Position numbers and translations under genes: made by a program. From an uncultured Acidobacteriota bacterium (GTDB lineage: Bacteria; Actinomycetota; Acidimicrobiia; Spongiisociales; ZC4RG35): a stretch of DNA of 64,000 bases. The notes under the pieces were generated by a model. The model was not told the DNA's origin and made no database searches. It saw nothing but the letters and a program-made list of their open reading frames with translations. The stretch is from NCBI GenBank assembly GCA_963828465.1, contig CAWHEU010000018.1, forward strand, positions 288,001 through 352,000. Direction: 5' to 3'. Positions 29,681-39,401 of the stretch are shown here, one piece after another; the first letter of the stretch is position 1; every line of letters starts with the position of its first letter.

Positions 29681-30211
29681 TCAGAATCGGTAGCGGGTCT
29701 GGCTGTAAGGCTCCCCTTTGCCGAACGCCAGGACCTTGGATGGGGTAACACCGAACACGAGAGCCGTGGCCAGGTCGCCTGAGTCCCCCGCATCTCCGGC
29801 CGGATCACGGAATCCGCCGTCGACTACATCGAAGGGCCAGTCGAGCTTCGACATCCACATCGACGCCAGGCGCTCGAGCATGTGCATGTCCACGACCCGG
29901 ACCGCTGTGCCTTCGACGATCACGTCCAGCCCGGTCCCGAACTCATTCGTGCCGGTGGTGAGAGCGCAGCGTGGGTTCGCCTCGATGTTCCTCGTCTTCT
30001 GCTCATCCGGTCCGGTGCAGAAGTGCAGGGCCCCGTCGAGCCACATCGCCGGTAGCGGGGTCACGTGGGGCCGGCCGTCGCTCCGGACCGTGGACAGCCA
30101 GAAGATCTCGGCTGCCTCGATCGCGTCGAGGACCGTCTGCCAGGGAAGGGGTTTGGCCCCCTCGCTGCTGAAGCGCGCGTCGAGCTCGATCCTCGGTTCT
30201 GATGACGGCAC
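29681..30211 (-). CDS. Pyridoxamine 5'-phosphate oxidase-like (split barrel) protein
   Basis: WLSTVRSDGRPHVTP, KTRNIEANP, IVEGTA. Confidence 0.88.
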   Translation of the reverse strand: MPSSEPRIELDARFSSEGAKPLPWQTVLDAIEAAEIFWLSTVRSDGRPHVTPLPAMWLDGALHFCTGPDEQKTRNIEANPRCALTTGTNEFGTGLDVIVEGTAVRVVDMHMLERLASMWMSKLDWPFDVVDGGFRDPAGDAGDSGDLATALVFGVTPSKVLAFGKGEPYSQTRYRF

Positions 30212-30288
30212 CACAGCACTTTCACCACGCACCACGCAAAATGCAATCAACTAGGGTCACGCCGACCCGAGACCCTAAGGAGGCTCAT

Positions 30289-30522
30289 TTGGTCCAGGCC
30301 TATGTCCTGATCCAGACCGAGGTCGGCAAGGCCGCCCTGGTCGCAGAGGAAGTGCGCGAGATCCCCGGTGTCGATTCTGCCGACGACGTGACCGGCCCCT
30401 ATGACGTCATCGTCAAGGCCACCAGCGACGACGTCGATTCCCTGGGGAAACTGGTCGTAGCCAAGATCCAGGCAATCGACGGGATCACCCGCACGCTCAC
30501 CTGCCCGGTGGTGCACCTCTGA
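30289..30522 (+). CDS. Stand-alone Lrp/AsnC ligand-binding domain protein
   Basis: VQAYVLIQTEVGKA, VTGPYDVIV, GITRTLTCPVV; AAGGAGG RBS. Confidence 0.92.
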   Translation: MVQAYVLIQTEVGKAALVAEEVREIPGVDSADDVTGPYDVIVKATSDDVDSLGKLVVAKIQAIDGITRTLTCPVVHL

Positions 30523-30541
30523 TCCGGAGAAGAGCCGACTG

Positions 30542-30571
30542 AGAAAGGACCGGCACCCGCCGGTCCTTTCT
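30542..30571. terminator. Bidirectional hairpin terminator
   Basis: AGAAAGGACCGGC-ACCC-GCCGGTCCTTTCT perfect 13-bp stem between convergent genes. Confidence 0.85.
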
Positions 30572-30573
30572 GG

Positions 30574-31650
30574 TTAACCGAGTTTCGAGGCGATGGTGCC
30601 TGCGCTTCGCAGTGCCGTCCCATCGCTTCCCGCCACGGAGAACACCCTCACCAGCCCGCTTCGGGCCTCCTCCACCAGGTCACGGAACAACTGCTCCCGG
30701 CCGATGGGCGGGTCGATCCACAAATACGCGCCCATCGAGCCTGGGATGGTGTTCACCTCGTTGACGACGATTTCGCCGTCGCGCTCCAAGTAGTCGATCC
30801 GGGCGATACCTCTGAGCCCGGCCAACTCAGTCACCCGGACTGAAAGACGACGGATCTCCTCTTCGAGCGCAGATTCGAGTACAGCAGGCAGCTCCCGACC
30901 GGCACTCACATCACCACCCCAGGCGAGATACTTCTGGTCGTACGAATAGATCCCATCGGTGGCCCTGGCTGGGGCCTCGATCGCAGACAGCTCCCACTTG
31001 GGATGGGTGCGCACAGCCACCTGAAGGTCCCGGCTCGCCGCCAGGAATGGCTCGACCACTGCCCCCTGGTCGAGGAAGGTCGAACGTCTCTTCAAGGCAA
31101 GAACGGTCGGCCAGTCCTCTGCGACCTCGATGCCGATCGAGGAGCCACCAAAGCGGGGCTTGACGATGAATGGCCCTTCGAATGGCGGAGCCGACTCCTC
31201 GCCGGTGGCCACCATGGCACGAGGCAGTGTGGGCAGGCCTGCCGCCGCCATTGCCGCCCCGAAGGCCAACTTGTCCATCCCCAGGGCCGAGGCAGCCTGA
31301 CCCGGGCCGCTGTAACGAAGACCGACGAGGTCGAGCAGGCCTTGCAAGGTGCCATCCTCCCCCGGTCCGCCATGACAGGCGATGACTACCGCATCGATTT
31401 CCAGCCGCCGCTTCTTGAGAATCAGACCCTGGCCGAAAGCGGCGACGAAGGTCAGCTCACGCGAGCGCCGGGGAACACCGTCGGCGAATTCCGCAGCCTC
31501 CAGATCGGGCTCGACCTCGAACCAGTCCCCCGTCTTCGACCAGTAGATGGCGTGGACATCGCCGAGGGCGCGGGTGACCTGGAGACCGGTGAGTATCGAT
31601 ATGTCGTGCTCGTCGGACGGGCCGCCGAAGATGACCGCCGGTTTAGCCAT
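30574..31650 (-). CDS. ddl: D-alanine--D-alanine ligase family protein
   Basis: FGGPSDEHDISI, HGGPGEDG, MDK, VKPRFGGSSIG, YDQKY, NEVNTIPG. Confidence 0.88.
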   Translation of the reverse strand: MAKPAVIFGGPSDEHDISILTGLQVTRALGDVHAIYWSKTGDWFEVEPDLEAAEFADGVPRRSRELTFVAAFGQGLILKKRRLEIDAVVIACHGGPGEDGTLQGLLDLVGLRYSGPGQAASALGMDKLAFGAAMAAAGLPTLPRAMVATGEESAPPFEGPFIVKPRFGGSSIGIEVAEDWPTVLALKRRSTFLDQGAVVEPFLAASRDLQVAVRTHPKWELSAIEAPARATDGIYSYDQKYLAWGGDVSAGRELPAVLESALEEEIRRLSVRVTELAGLRGIARIDYLERDGEIVVNEVNTIPGSMGAYLWIDPPIGREQLFRDLVEEARSGLVRVFSVAGSDGTALRSAGTIASKLG

Positions 31651-31658
31651 TCCGCTCC

Positions 31659-33152
31659 TCAGGGGTAGTGGTCAGGGAGATCGTTCTCGTAGAGGACGGC
31701 GTCTCCGGGGCCCAGATTCTGGCGGACCCAGTCGACCGCCTCCTCGCGCGACGTGACGACGGTAACCGAGGCACCTCCCTTGGCGGAACCTTCCAGTAGT
31801 GCGCCACGATTGGTCCGGCCGACGATGAGCAGGTCGTCGGCGAGGGCCGCCGATTCGGCGGCGAAAGTGAGGTTCTGATCGAACTGATCGGGCCCGAGCT
31901 CGACCATGCCCGGGGTCACCACGACCTTTCGCCCACCATCTCCAACCCTCTGTAGGAGACCGAGGGCAACCCTTGCCCCGTCGGGGTTCGAGTTGAAAGT
32001 GTCATCGATGACGGTGAACCCTCGTTCCGAATTGGACAAGGTTTGCCGGTGCTCCGGGCGGGGAAGCCCGTCCAGCCGCGACACCATGTCGCCGGGTTCC
32101 ACTCCAAGGGCGAGCCCGATCCCGAGTGCCACGGCCAGATTCACCGCGAACACGTCCTCGGGGGCTTTCCCGACCTCGGTGCCGTCGATCCGGATGACAC
32201 CCTCATGGACGGTCACCCGGGCGTCCGCGCCATCCCCGGAAACGGTGACCACCTCCATCGTGCCTCCGCGCTCGGCGGCAAGACCGGCCAGAAGGGGGTG
32301 ATCAACCGCGATCACTCCGACCCGGGCCCGGTCGAGGATCTCAGATTTGGCAGCGACGATCCGCTCCAGGGTCCGGAAACGCTCGAGATGAACCGGGCCG
32401 ATGGCGACCATCGCCGCAACGTCCGGCCGGATCCATCGAGTGAGCTCTTCGATCTCCCCTGGACCGTAGGTCCCCATCTCGGCGACGAAGACCTCGGTGC
32501 CAGGCACGAGGTGCTCGTTGATGGCCCGCGCGAGACCCATCCGGTTGTTGAACGAGGCCGGGCTGGCCATCGTGCGAAACCGTCCGGCGAGGAGATGCGA
32601 CGCGTATTGCTTGGTGGTCGTCTTGCCGTAGGAACCGGTTATTGCCACGACCTTCGCCCCCGAGGACCCGAGTCGGGCGGATGCCTGATCGACCCACCGA
32701 TTGCCCACCATCCGCTCGACCGGCCCGAGGACGAGGAGGGCGATATCGATCAATGCCGGCAGGAGGAAGAGACCGAGGGCGATGAAGAACCCAGACTCGA
32801 CGGCGGCGCCGCCGACGTACACAGCCAGCGTCAGGATCCCGGAGACGATGGCTACACGACGTAGCCGCGCCGTCCAAGCGAGTGGCGACGTGCGGCCACG
32901 GATCGACAACCCGACAGGGCCGACTTGCGCCAACGGCACCAGAAACGCCCACCACACACTCCACCACGACCCGACGAGCCCGATCACCGCCAACGCCAGG
33001 AGGAGCACGTTCGGAAGTCCGGATGTCCACCAGCGGCCGGCGAAGGTGGCCACGGCACCGGCGAGATAGTGCTCGCGTTGGGCCACCCGAAGCCAGCGAA
33101 GCCCGGCAGGGATCGCGGCCAGGAGACACGCTGCAAGAAGCGCCCAGATCAC
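31659..33152 (-). CDS. murF: MurF-like Mur ligase with N-terminal membrane domain
   Basis: Several N-terminal TM helices; ITGSYGKTTTK, EMG, DDTFNSNP, TPGMVELG, ENDLPDHY. Confidence 0.85.
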   Translation of the reverse strand: MIWALLAACLLAAIPAGLRWLRVAQREHYLAGAVATFAGRWWTSGLPNVLLLALAVIGLVGSWWSVWWAFLVPLAQVGPVGLSIRGRTSPLAWTARLRRVAIVSGILTLAVYVGGAAVESGFFIALGLFLLPALIDIALLVLGPVERMVGNRWVDQASARLGSSGAKVVAITGSYGKTTTKQYASHLLAGRFRTMASPASFNNRMGLARAINEHLVPGTEVFVAEMGTYGPGEIEELTRWIRPDVAAMVAIGPVHLERFRTLERIVAAKSEILDRARVGVIAVDHPLLAGLAAERGGTMEVVTVSGDGADARVTVHEGVIRIDGTEVGKAPEDVFAVNLAVALGIGLALGVEPGDMVSRLDGLPRPEHRQTLSNSERGFTVIDDTFNSNPDGARVALGLLQRVGDGGRKVVVTPGMVELGPDQFDQNLTFAAESAALADDLLIVGRTNRGALLEGSAKGGASVTVVTSREEAVDWVRQNLGPGDAVLYENDLPDHYP

Positions 33153-33896
33153 GATCGAAGAGCCTCGGCCAGGACCCGGGTGATGGCCTCTGGCGACTGG
33201 ATCGGCACCAGGTGGCCCACTCCGGGCAACACCTCGAGCTCGGCGGTCCCACCGGCCTGTCTGATGATGCGAAGCGCCATTTCCGCCACCGCCACCGGCA
33301 CCTCGTGGTCGTTCTCTCCCCAGAGAAGCATTACCCGGTTCCGCAGCTCCCTCAATTGGGGCTCATATCCCTCGTTCACCACTTTGACCAGGATGTCCCG
33401 CATCACCCCATTCGCCGCCCGGTAATCGGCGGATCCACGACTGCGTCGGATCTCCTCCATCCGATCGTCGGAGACCAAATGGGCGCGGTTGAGAAATCGG
33501 ACCAGCCGGTAGCTGGCTGAGGGTTTCTTTGCCGGCCCGAGGCGGAGCAAGGGCGATCCGCTGATCACCAGGGAAGCGACTCGATCCGGGTGGGCAGCAG
33601 CCAGACAGACGGCGATGCGGCCCCCGAATGAATGGCCGACCACGACCGGCGGCGACTCGAATGTGTCTAGAACGGGGGCAACGAGTGCCGCATAACCCTC
33701 GGCGCCGAGAACTTCGCTCGGAGCGGGAGTCGCCCCAAATCCGGGGAGATCGATTGCCAGCGCGTCGAAGTCGGCCAATGATGCGGCGAAATCGTTGCCG
33801 CGGCGCCCCCAGCCGTGAAGGGCCAGCACGCGGTGGCGATCCGTCACCATATGCCTCTGCGAACAATGCGCCGTCGGCGAGGGCGCGCAAAGCCAC
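33149..33896 (-). pseudogene. Alpha/beta hydrolase with an apparent single-base frameshift near 33832-33833 (pseudogene or sequencing error)
   Basis: N-terminus VALRALADGALFAEAYGDGSP is in one frame; RVLALHGWG..GHSFGG..GH is in another; removing one base joins them. Confidence 0.7.
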
Positions 33897-33955
33897 GTAT
33901 CTAGTCCTCGTTCGGAAATGCCGAGAATACAGTCGGAAGGCTTCCATTCAGTGAC

Positions 33956-35740
33956 ATGGACGGGATGACACCAACGACGCACCAGGCGATGGCCCGATTC
34001 CGGGCCTCTTTGCTTCGTCGCGCCTCGGCCGTGGCCTGGGTAGTCCTGATCATCATCGGCGCCCAGGCGGTTCGCCAGCAGGTATTCACCCAACCCGGGT
34101 TCTGGATCCCGATGGCAGGTCTCGCCGCGATGCTGATCGTCTCCACCGCCACGCGATGGGATCGGCCGATGGCCACCCGATACGCGCCCTGGATCGCTGT
34201 CGCCTGGCTGACCGGTCTCATCCTCGGAATCACTGCTTTCGCGTTGATCGATCCCCTCGAGGCGACGGCCACTCCCATCCTCTACGGGATCGCCGCAGTG
34301 TCAGGGCTTCTCCTCACCTGGTGGGCTCATGCGTTCATGACCGTGCTAATCGGATTCGCTATCGCGTTCATTGCCCGCGAGGGGGGTGCGGACGCGATCG
34401 CCGACGTCGTGGCCCCGGTCCTCACTGTCGCCGTGGTCTCCGCCGCCACCGCACTCGTTGGTTTGGAGTTCGAACGCGAGGCGGTCCGGTCGGCCTCACG
34501 TGAGACGCAGATCGACCAGCAACGTTTGGACTTCGAGCGTCTCTACGAGGTGAGCGCCACGCTGGCGCGGGCCGAGTCGCTCGCCGAGATCGTGCCCCAT
34601 CTCGTTGGCACCATCTGCAAGTACCTGGACGCCCAGGTCGGCGTGGTCCTCCTCTACAACCCTGAGCGTCACCGTCTCGAGGTGATGAGCCCGATCTGGG
34701 TCAACGGGTATCCCCTGGAAACCGATCCCATCGTCCTCGATGTGGCCTCGCCCGCCATCGTGGCCCAGGTGTACCGGTCAGGGCGCCCGTTCTTCGTCCG
34801 GGATATCGACCAGGAGACCGACGCCCACGTCCTCCTCAGGGAGCTGGGGTTGCGCCAGGCCCTGGTGGCGCCGTTGAAGGTCGAGAACCTGCGGGTGGGC
34901 GCCATCATCGTCGGCGATCCGTATGTGGGCACCTTCAACGAGGACCAGCTCGACCAGCTCGGCTCCTTGGCGGCTCCTGCCGGCCTCGTTCTGTCACAGA
35001 TCGGGCGTTACGAGGCGCAGGCAGAGATGACGAGACGTCTGGAAGAGGTGGCCCAGATGAAGACCGACTTCGTGTCGACCGTCAGCCACGAGCTCCGCAC
35101 CCCCCTCACCTCCATCATCGGTTCGCTGGACACCGTCAACCGGCCCGAGCTGGCACCCACCGAGGTCGCAGCGCAACAGCTCCTGTCGACTGCCCGTCGG
35201 CAGGCGGGCCGGCTCCAGCGTCTGATCGACGACCTGCTCGTGGTGTCCCGGATCGACCGGGGGGCCATACCGGTCCATCTCGAGCCGGTACCGCTCAAAC
35301 TGGCATTCGAGGAGGTGAACCGGGTCGTCTCGATCGAGCCGACCTTCACCATCGAACCCCCGGACCTCACCGTCGAGGCCGACCGCGACCATCTCACCCG
35401 CATCTTGATCAACCTGGTGGAGAATGCCGCCAAGTACGCGGTGGGGAGCCCGGTCGAGCTCTACGCCTGGGAACGTCCCAACAAGGCTGTGATCGCAGTC
35501 GTGGACCACGGGCCTGGCATCCCTGACGACGAGAGGGAGCGGGTCTTCGAGCGGTTCACTCAGATCGACCAGTCCGACACCCGGTCGAAGGGAGGGACCG
35601 GTCTCGGTCTCTCCATCGTCAAGAGCCTGGCCGAGGTGATGTACGGGGCGGTGCGGGTGGAAGCCACTGAAGGCGGCGGAGCCACCTTCGTCGTCGAGTT
35701 GCCCTTGGCGCGTGCTCTGCAGAAGGTCGAGAGCCGCTAG
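33956..35740 (+). CDS. Membrane sensor histidine kinase with GAF domain
   Basis: TM region, GAF, SHELRTPL, NLVENAAKY, DHGPGI, GTGLGL. Confidence 0.93.
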   Translation: MDGMTPTTHQAMARFRASLLRRASAVAWVVLIIIGAQAVRQQVFTQPGFWIPMAGLAAMLIVSTATRWDRPMATRYAPWIAVAWLTGLILGITAFALIDPLEATATPILYGIAAVSGLLLTWWAHAFMTVLIGFAIAFIAREGGADAIADVVAPVLTVAVVSAATALVGLEFEREAVRSASRETQIDQQRLDFERLYEVSATLARAESLAEIVPHLVGTICKYLDAQVGVVLLYNPERHRLEVMSPIWVNGYPLETDPIVLDVASPAIVAQVYRSGRPFFVRDIDQETDAHVLLRELGLRQALVAPLKVENLRVGAIIVGDPYVGTFNEDQLDQLGSLAAPAGLVLSQIGRYEAQAEMTRRLEEVAQMKTDFVSTVSHELRTPLTSIIGSLDTVNRPELAPTEVAAQQLLSTARRQAGRLQRLIDDLLVVSRIDRGAIPVHLEPVPLKLAFEEVNRVVSIEPTFTIEPPDLTVEADRDHLTRILINLVENAAKYAVGSPVELYAWERPNKAVIAVVDHGPGIPDDERERVFERFTQIDQSDTRSKGGTGLGLSIVKSLAEVMYGAVRVEATEGGGATFVVELPLARALQKVESR

Positions 35741-36519
35741 TCGGAGCGCTCGCCCCCGGAGGCGATGGCGTGAAACCCCCCGTCCACGTGAACCACTTCA
35801 CCTGAGGTCATCGGCGCCCAATCACTGAGGAGCACACACACCATCCGGGCCACCGGGTCCGGGTTCGATCCGTCCCAGGAGAGCGGCGCCCGCTCCTTCC
35901 AAACCCGGTCGAATGCATCGAAGCCGGGGATCGACTTGGCGGCAACGGTGCTCAGTGGCCCTGCCGACACCGCATTGACCCTGACACCGTGTGGCCCGAG
36001 GTCACGGGCCAGATACCGGGTCACGCTCTGTAGGGCGGATTTGGCCACACCCATCCAGTCGTAAGCCGGCCAGGCCTGCGAATTGTCGAAGTCGAGAGTG
36101 ACCAATGCCCCACCCTCCGTCATCAGGGGAAGAACTGCGACGGCCAGGGTCTTGTAGGAGAAGGCCGAAGTCATGAAGGCGGTCTGCGCCGATTCGGGCG
36201 GGGTGTTGAGGAAGTTGCCTCCGAGGGCGTCTTCGGGAGCAAAGGCGATGGCATGGAGGGCCCCGTCTATCCGCCCCCACCGCTCCCCCAGGTCCAACAT
36301 CAGTGACGAGACTTGATCGACGTCGTTGATGTCGAGCTCCAACACGGGACACGGCTCGGGCAGCCGCTGTACCGATCGCTCAGTCAAGCGGAGACCTCGT
36401 CCGAAACCGGTGACGACTATCTCAGCGCCCTCCTCCTGGGCAATCCTGGCAACGTGCCAGGCGATCGAGTCATCGGTGAGGACCCCGGTGATGAGGAGTT
36501 TCTTGTTCTCGAGCAGCAT
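35737..36519 (-). CDS. fabI: Enoyl-ACP reductase (FabI/InhA type)
   Basis: LITGVLTDDSIA, HAIAFAP, YDWMGVAK, VSAGPL. Confidence 0.94.
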   Translation of the reverse strand: MLLENKKLLITGVLTDDSIAWHVARIAQEEGAEIVVTGFGRGLRLTERSVQRLPEPCPVLELDINDVDQVSSLMLDLGERWGRIDGALHAIAFAPEDALGGNFLNTPPESAQTAFMTSAFSYKTLAVAVLPLMTEGGALVTLDFDNSQAWPAYDWMGVAKSALQSVTRYLARDLGPHGVRVNAVSAGPLSTVAAKSIPGFDAFDRVWKERAPLSWDGSNPDPVARMVCVLLSDWAPMTSGEVVHVDGGFHAIASGGERSD

Positions 36520-36528
36520 CGCGACCTC

Positions 36529-36900
36529 CTAGAAGTTGCCGCCAAAGGTGAGGATCCCCCTGATGGCGAGCCCCATTGTGAACAGAAGTAGTAGGCCGTA
36601 ATACATCGCCGGCCTTCTGCGGAACTGGGACCGATAGATGTAGGCGAACGAGAAGGTCACCGCGATTACGACGCCGTAGAAGACGTGCTGGTTACCCGGA
36701 TCGACACCGCCATTGGCCACGATCACCCCGATGACGATCTGGAGGAGGAGGGCCGAGATCGCCAGCCCGACGCCGTAATAGAAGGCCCACGGCGGGGGCT
36801 CGCGACGTCTGATCAATATCCCCCAGAGTCCCACGATCCCGCTGATCCCGGCCGCGATATACCCCCAGTTGGTGTGGAAATCGCTCAACAAAATGAGCAT
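36529..36900 (-). CDS. Small 4-TM membrane protein
   Basis: Four hydrophobic segments, HVFYG motif. Confidence 0.7.
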   Translation of the reverse strand: MLILLSDFHTNWGYIAAGISGIVGLWGILIRRREPPPWAFYYGVGLAISALLLQIVIGVIVANGGVDPGNQHVFYGVVIAVTFSFAYIYRSQFRRRPAMYYGLLLLFTMGLAIRGILTFGGNF

Positions 36901-36957
36901 AGGGACCCCTGCAAATGACTCGTCGTCACCTGTACAATTGATTCAGGAGGCTTGGGA

Positions 36958-37218
36958 ATGTTCGAAGCGGTGGAGTTCACAGAGGTCCGCGGAAGTGACG
37001 AGCCCGATCAGCGGGTGATCGGCACCTTTCCGGACGAGATCGGTGCGGTAGAGGCAGTCCGGTCGGCCAAGACAGAGTTCGTCGAGTCCGGTTCGGAGGA
37101 TTTCGCCTGGTGGGTGGTCCGTCAACCCGGAGCCACTCTGGCGCAGTTCATCTCCGATTCGAAGAGCGACAAGGAATTCATCGTCGATCTGACGACGGGT
37201 CAGCTGATCGAGGTCTGA
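36958..37218 (+). CDS. Hypothetical acidic protein
   Basis: CAGGAGG RBS, typical codon usage, fills the intergenic gap. Confidence 0.7.
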   Translation: MFEAVEFTEVRGSDEPDQRVIGTFPDEIGAVEAVRSAKTEFVESGSEDFAWWVVRQPGATLAQFISDSKSDKEFIVDLTTGQLIEV

Positions 37219-37261
37219 TCGTCCAGGGCCGGCGTCATTCGCCGTCCCTAGGCTTGACTTT

Positions 37262-38845
37262 GTGGCTGAACCTCCGGTCCCGGACACGGAGCGGGTGCGC
37301 ACCGCGGAGGTGATCGCCGCCGCCTGTCTGGCCACCGATCTGGGAATGGGCTTCCCGTTCGAGCACGGGCTTCAGGCGACTTTGGTGACGTGTCGGCTGG
37401 CGGAGCGTCTTGCCGTCGGCCCCGACACAACAGCTGAGGCGTTCTACGTGAGCCTTCTGATGTATTCGGGCTGCACCACCGATTCCGACGTCAACGCCGC
37501 CATCTTCGGGGGGAGCTTGAGCAGGAACATGACGGCCCGACAGTTCGGGTCGACTCTAGAGGCGTTGGGAGGCGTCATTCGTGCGTTACCTGACCCCGAC
37601 TCGGGGATCTTGAAGAGCGGTATCGAGATCGCCTCCGGCTTTCCCAAGGCAGCCAGGTTCCGCCGCAGCCATTTCACCGCCTTGTGTGAGGTCGCGATGA
37701 TGTTGTCGGAGCGGCTCGGCCTCCCCGATGAGATCAACGGGCTCTTCCTCTACCTCACTGAGCGCTGGGATGGCAGTGGCGTCCTGGGCAGAAAGGCCGG
37801 TGACGAGATCCCGATGGCCCTGAGAATCGTGACCGTGGCCAGGGATGCTGCTTATCAAGCCTTGATCGCCGGGAACGAGCACGCCGCCCGCGTGATCAGG
37901 GCGCGGGCCGGGCATGCCTTCGACCCCGATGTGGCGACAGTGCTCGCGGACAACGCCTCGGAGATACTCGGGACAGCCGATGACCCCCCCACGGTGTGGG
38001 ACTCGGTCCTCGATGCGGAGCCAGGGCCTCACCTCACACTGGACTCGGAAGGCGTCGACCGCGCCCTCGGCGCCCTTGGCGATTTCGCCGATCTGGTCTC
38101 CCCGTCTTTGGTGGGCCACTCGTCGGGCGTTGCCCAATTGGCCGGTGACGCGGCCACCGAGCTCGGCCTTGCACCGGCACAAGTCACCCGCGTCCGCAGG
38201 GCGGGCCTCATCCACGACATCGGCCGGGTGGCGATCGATCCCCGAACGTGGCAGAAGGGCAGCTCGCTCAATGCCGATGAGTGGGAGCAGGTGCGTCTGC
38301 ATGCCTATCACACGGAGCGGGTCTTCAACCGATCACCGCTTCTGGCCCCCGTGGCGGCCGTCGCCTGTCGACACCATGAGAGGATGGACGGGTCCGGGTA
38401 TCACCGCGGTCTGAACGCCACATCCCTGGAGCCGGCGTCTCGCCTGCTCGCCGCTGCCGACGCCTTCCACGCCATGACCGAACCCCGGGACCATCGGCCC
38501 TCGATGCCGCTGGCTGAAGCCGCCACATTTCTTCGTGAGGAATCGGCGGCCGGTCGTCATGACGGTGAGATGGTCGCCGCCGTTTTGCGCGCCGCCGGTC
38601 AACAGACATCCCCGGTAGACCGCCCGGCGGGTCTCACCGAGCGCGAAGTACAGGTGATTCGGCTACTCGCCCGCGGCATGCAGACCAAGCAGGTAGCTCG
38701 CGCACTGGACATCTCGACCAAGACCGCGGACCGTCACATCCAAAACGTGTACCGAAAAATCGGTGTTTCCACCCGCGCCGCTGCCACGCTCTACGCCAGC
38801 GAACACGGGCTGGTGCAATGGGGAGAACTCCCGATTTCGCCCTGA
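37262..38845 (+). CDS. Tandem HD/HD-GYP domain plus LuxR HTH transcriptional regulator
   Basis: ERWDGSG, LIHDIG, HHERMDGSGY, ADAFHAMTEPR, LTEREVQVIRLLARG..IYRK-like HTH. Confidence 0.92.
   Translation: MAEPPVPDTERVRTAEVIAAACLATDLGMGFPFEHGLQATLVTCRLAERLAVGPDTTAEAFYVSLLMYSGCTTDSDVNAAIFGGSLSRNMTARQFGSTLEALGGVIRALPDPDSGILKSGIEIASGFPKAARFRRSHFTALCEVAMMLSERLGLPDEINGLFLYLTERWDGSGVLGRKAGDEIPMALRIVTVARDAAYQALIAGNEHAARVIRARAGHAFDPDVATVLADNASEILGTADDPPTVWDSVLDAEPGPHLTLDSEGVDRALGALGDFADLVSPSLVGHSSGVAQLAGDAATELGLAPAQVTRVRRAGLIHDIGRVAIDPRTWQKGSSLNADEWEQVRLHAYHTERVFNRSPLLAPVAAVACRHHERMDGSGYHRGLNATSLEPASRLLAAADAFHAMTEPRDHRPSMPLAEAATFLREESAAGRHDGEMVAAVLRAAGQQTSPVDRPAGLTEREVQVIRLLARGMQTKQVARALDISTKTADRHIQNVYRKIGVSTRAAATLYASEHGLVQWGELPISP
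38818..38835. promoter_or_regulatory. Dyad ATGGGGAGAACTCCCGAT inside the regulator's 3' end; candidate binding site
   Basis: GGGAG-AA-CTCCC core with symmetric AT ends, about 35 nt before the next start. Confidence 0.5.
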
Positions 38846-38870
38846 CCGCCCTTGCCGTACGGTCGATTCC

Positions 38871-39401
38871 ATGTCGCGGGTGCATGGTGATCGAGGTCGA
38901 GGAGCCCGCAAACAGCTGATCACAGCCGGTGCGCTCAGCTTGGGGCTGTCGATCGGACTGGTCGCAACTTCGACAGCGGGCACGACGACTTTGGGGGCAC
39001 CGGCCTGGTGGCCCTGGCTCCTGACCGGTCTGCAGGTACTCGCCCTCTGGTCGGCAGGACGGAGCCGGTGGTGGGGATGGCTCCTGGGAGGAGCCGTGCA
39101 GCCGGTGTGGATCGCCTATGCCCTGGTCACCGGTCAGCTCGGTTTCGTCCCGGGATGCCTGGTTTCCGCCTGGGTGCAGACCGCCAGTTTCAAGCGACAG
39201 AGGACCGAAGGAGAAGATCATGCAAGTAAGTCGGCGAATATCGACCATCGTCATCGGAGGTGGTCAGGCCGGGTTGTCGGTCGGATATCACCTGCAACGG
39301 CTCGGGGTGCCGTTCGTCATCCTCGACGCAGAGGAGCGAGTCGGTGGGGCCTGGCGGAGCCGGTGGGACTCGCTCCGCCTGTTCACTCCGGCCCGGTATG
39401 A
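38871..39401 (+). CDS. Small membrane protein (PnuC-like WGWLLG segment); 3' end uncertain
   Basis: 3-4 TM helices; the frame runs about 180 nt into the next gene. Confidence 0.5.
   Translation: MSRVHGDRGRGARKQLITAGALSLGLSIGLVATSTAGTTTLGAPAWWPWLLTGLQVLALWSAGRSRWWGWLLGGAVQPVWIAYALVTGQLGFVPGCLVSAWVQTASFKRQRTEGEDHASKSANIDHRHRRWSGRVVGRISPATARGAVRHPRRRGASRWGLAEPVGLAPPVHSGPV

Noticed and set aside
30574-35740. Vancomycin-resistance (van) cluster interpretation
   Set aside because: No VanH, VanX or VanR; the Ddl retains the Tyr-containing YDQKY loop typical of D-Ala-D-Ala ligases
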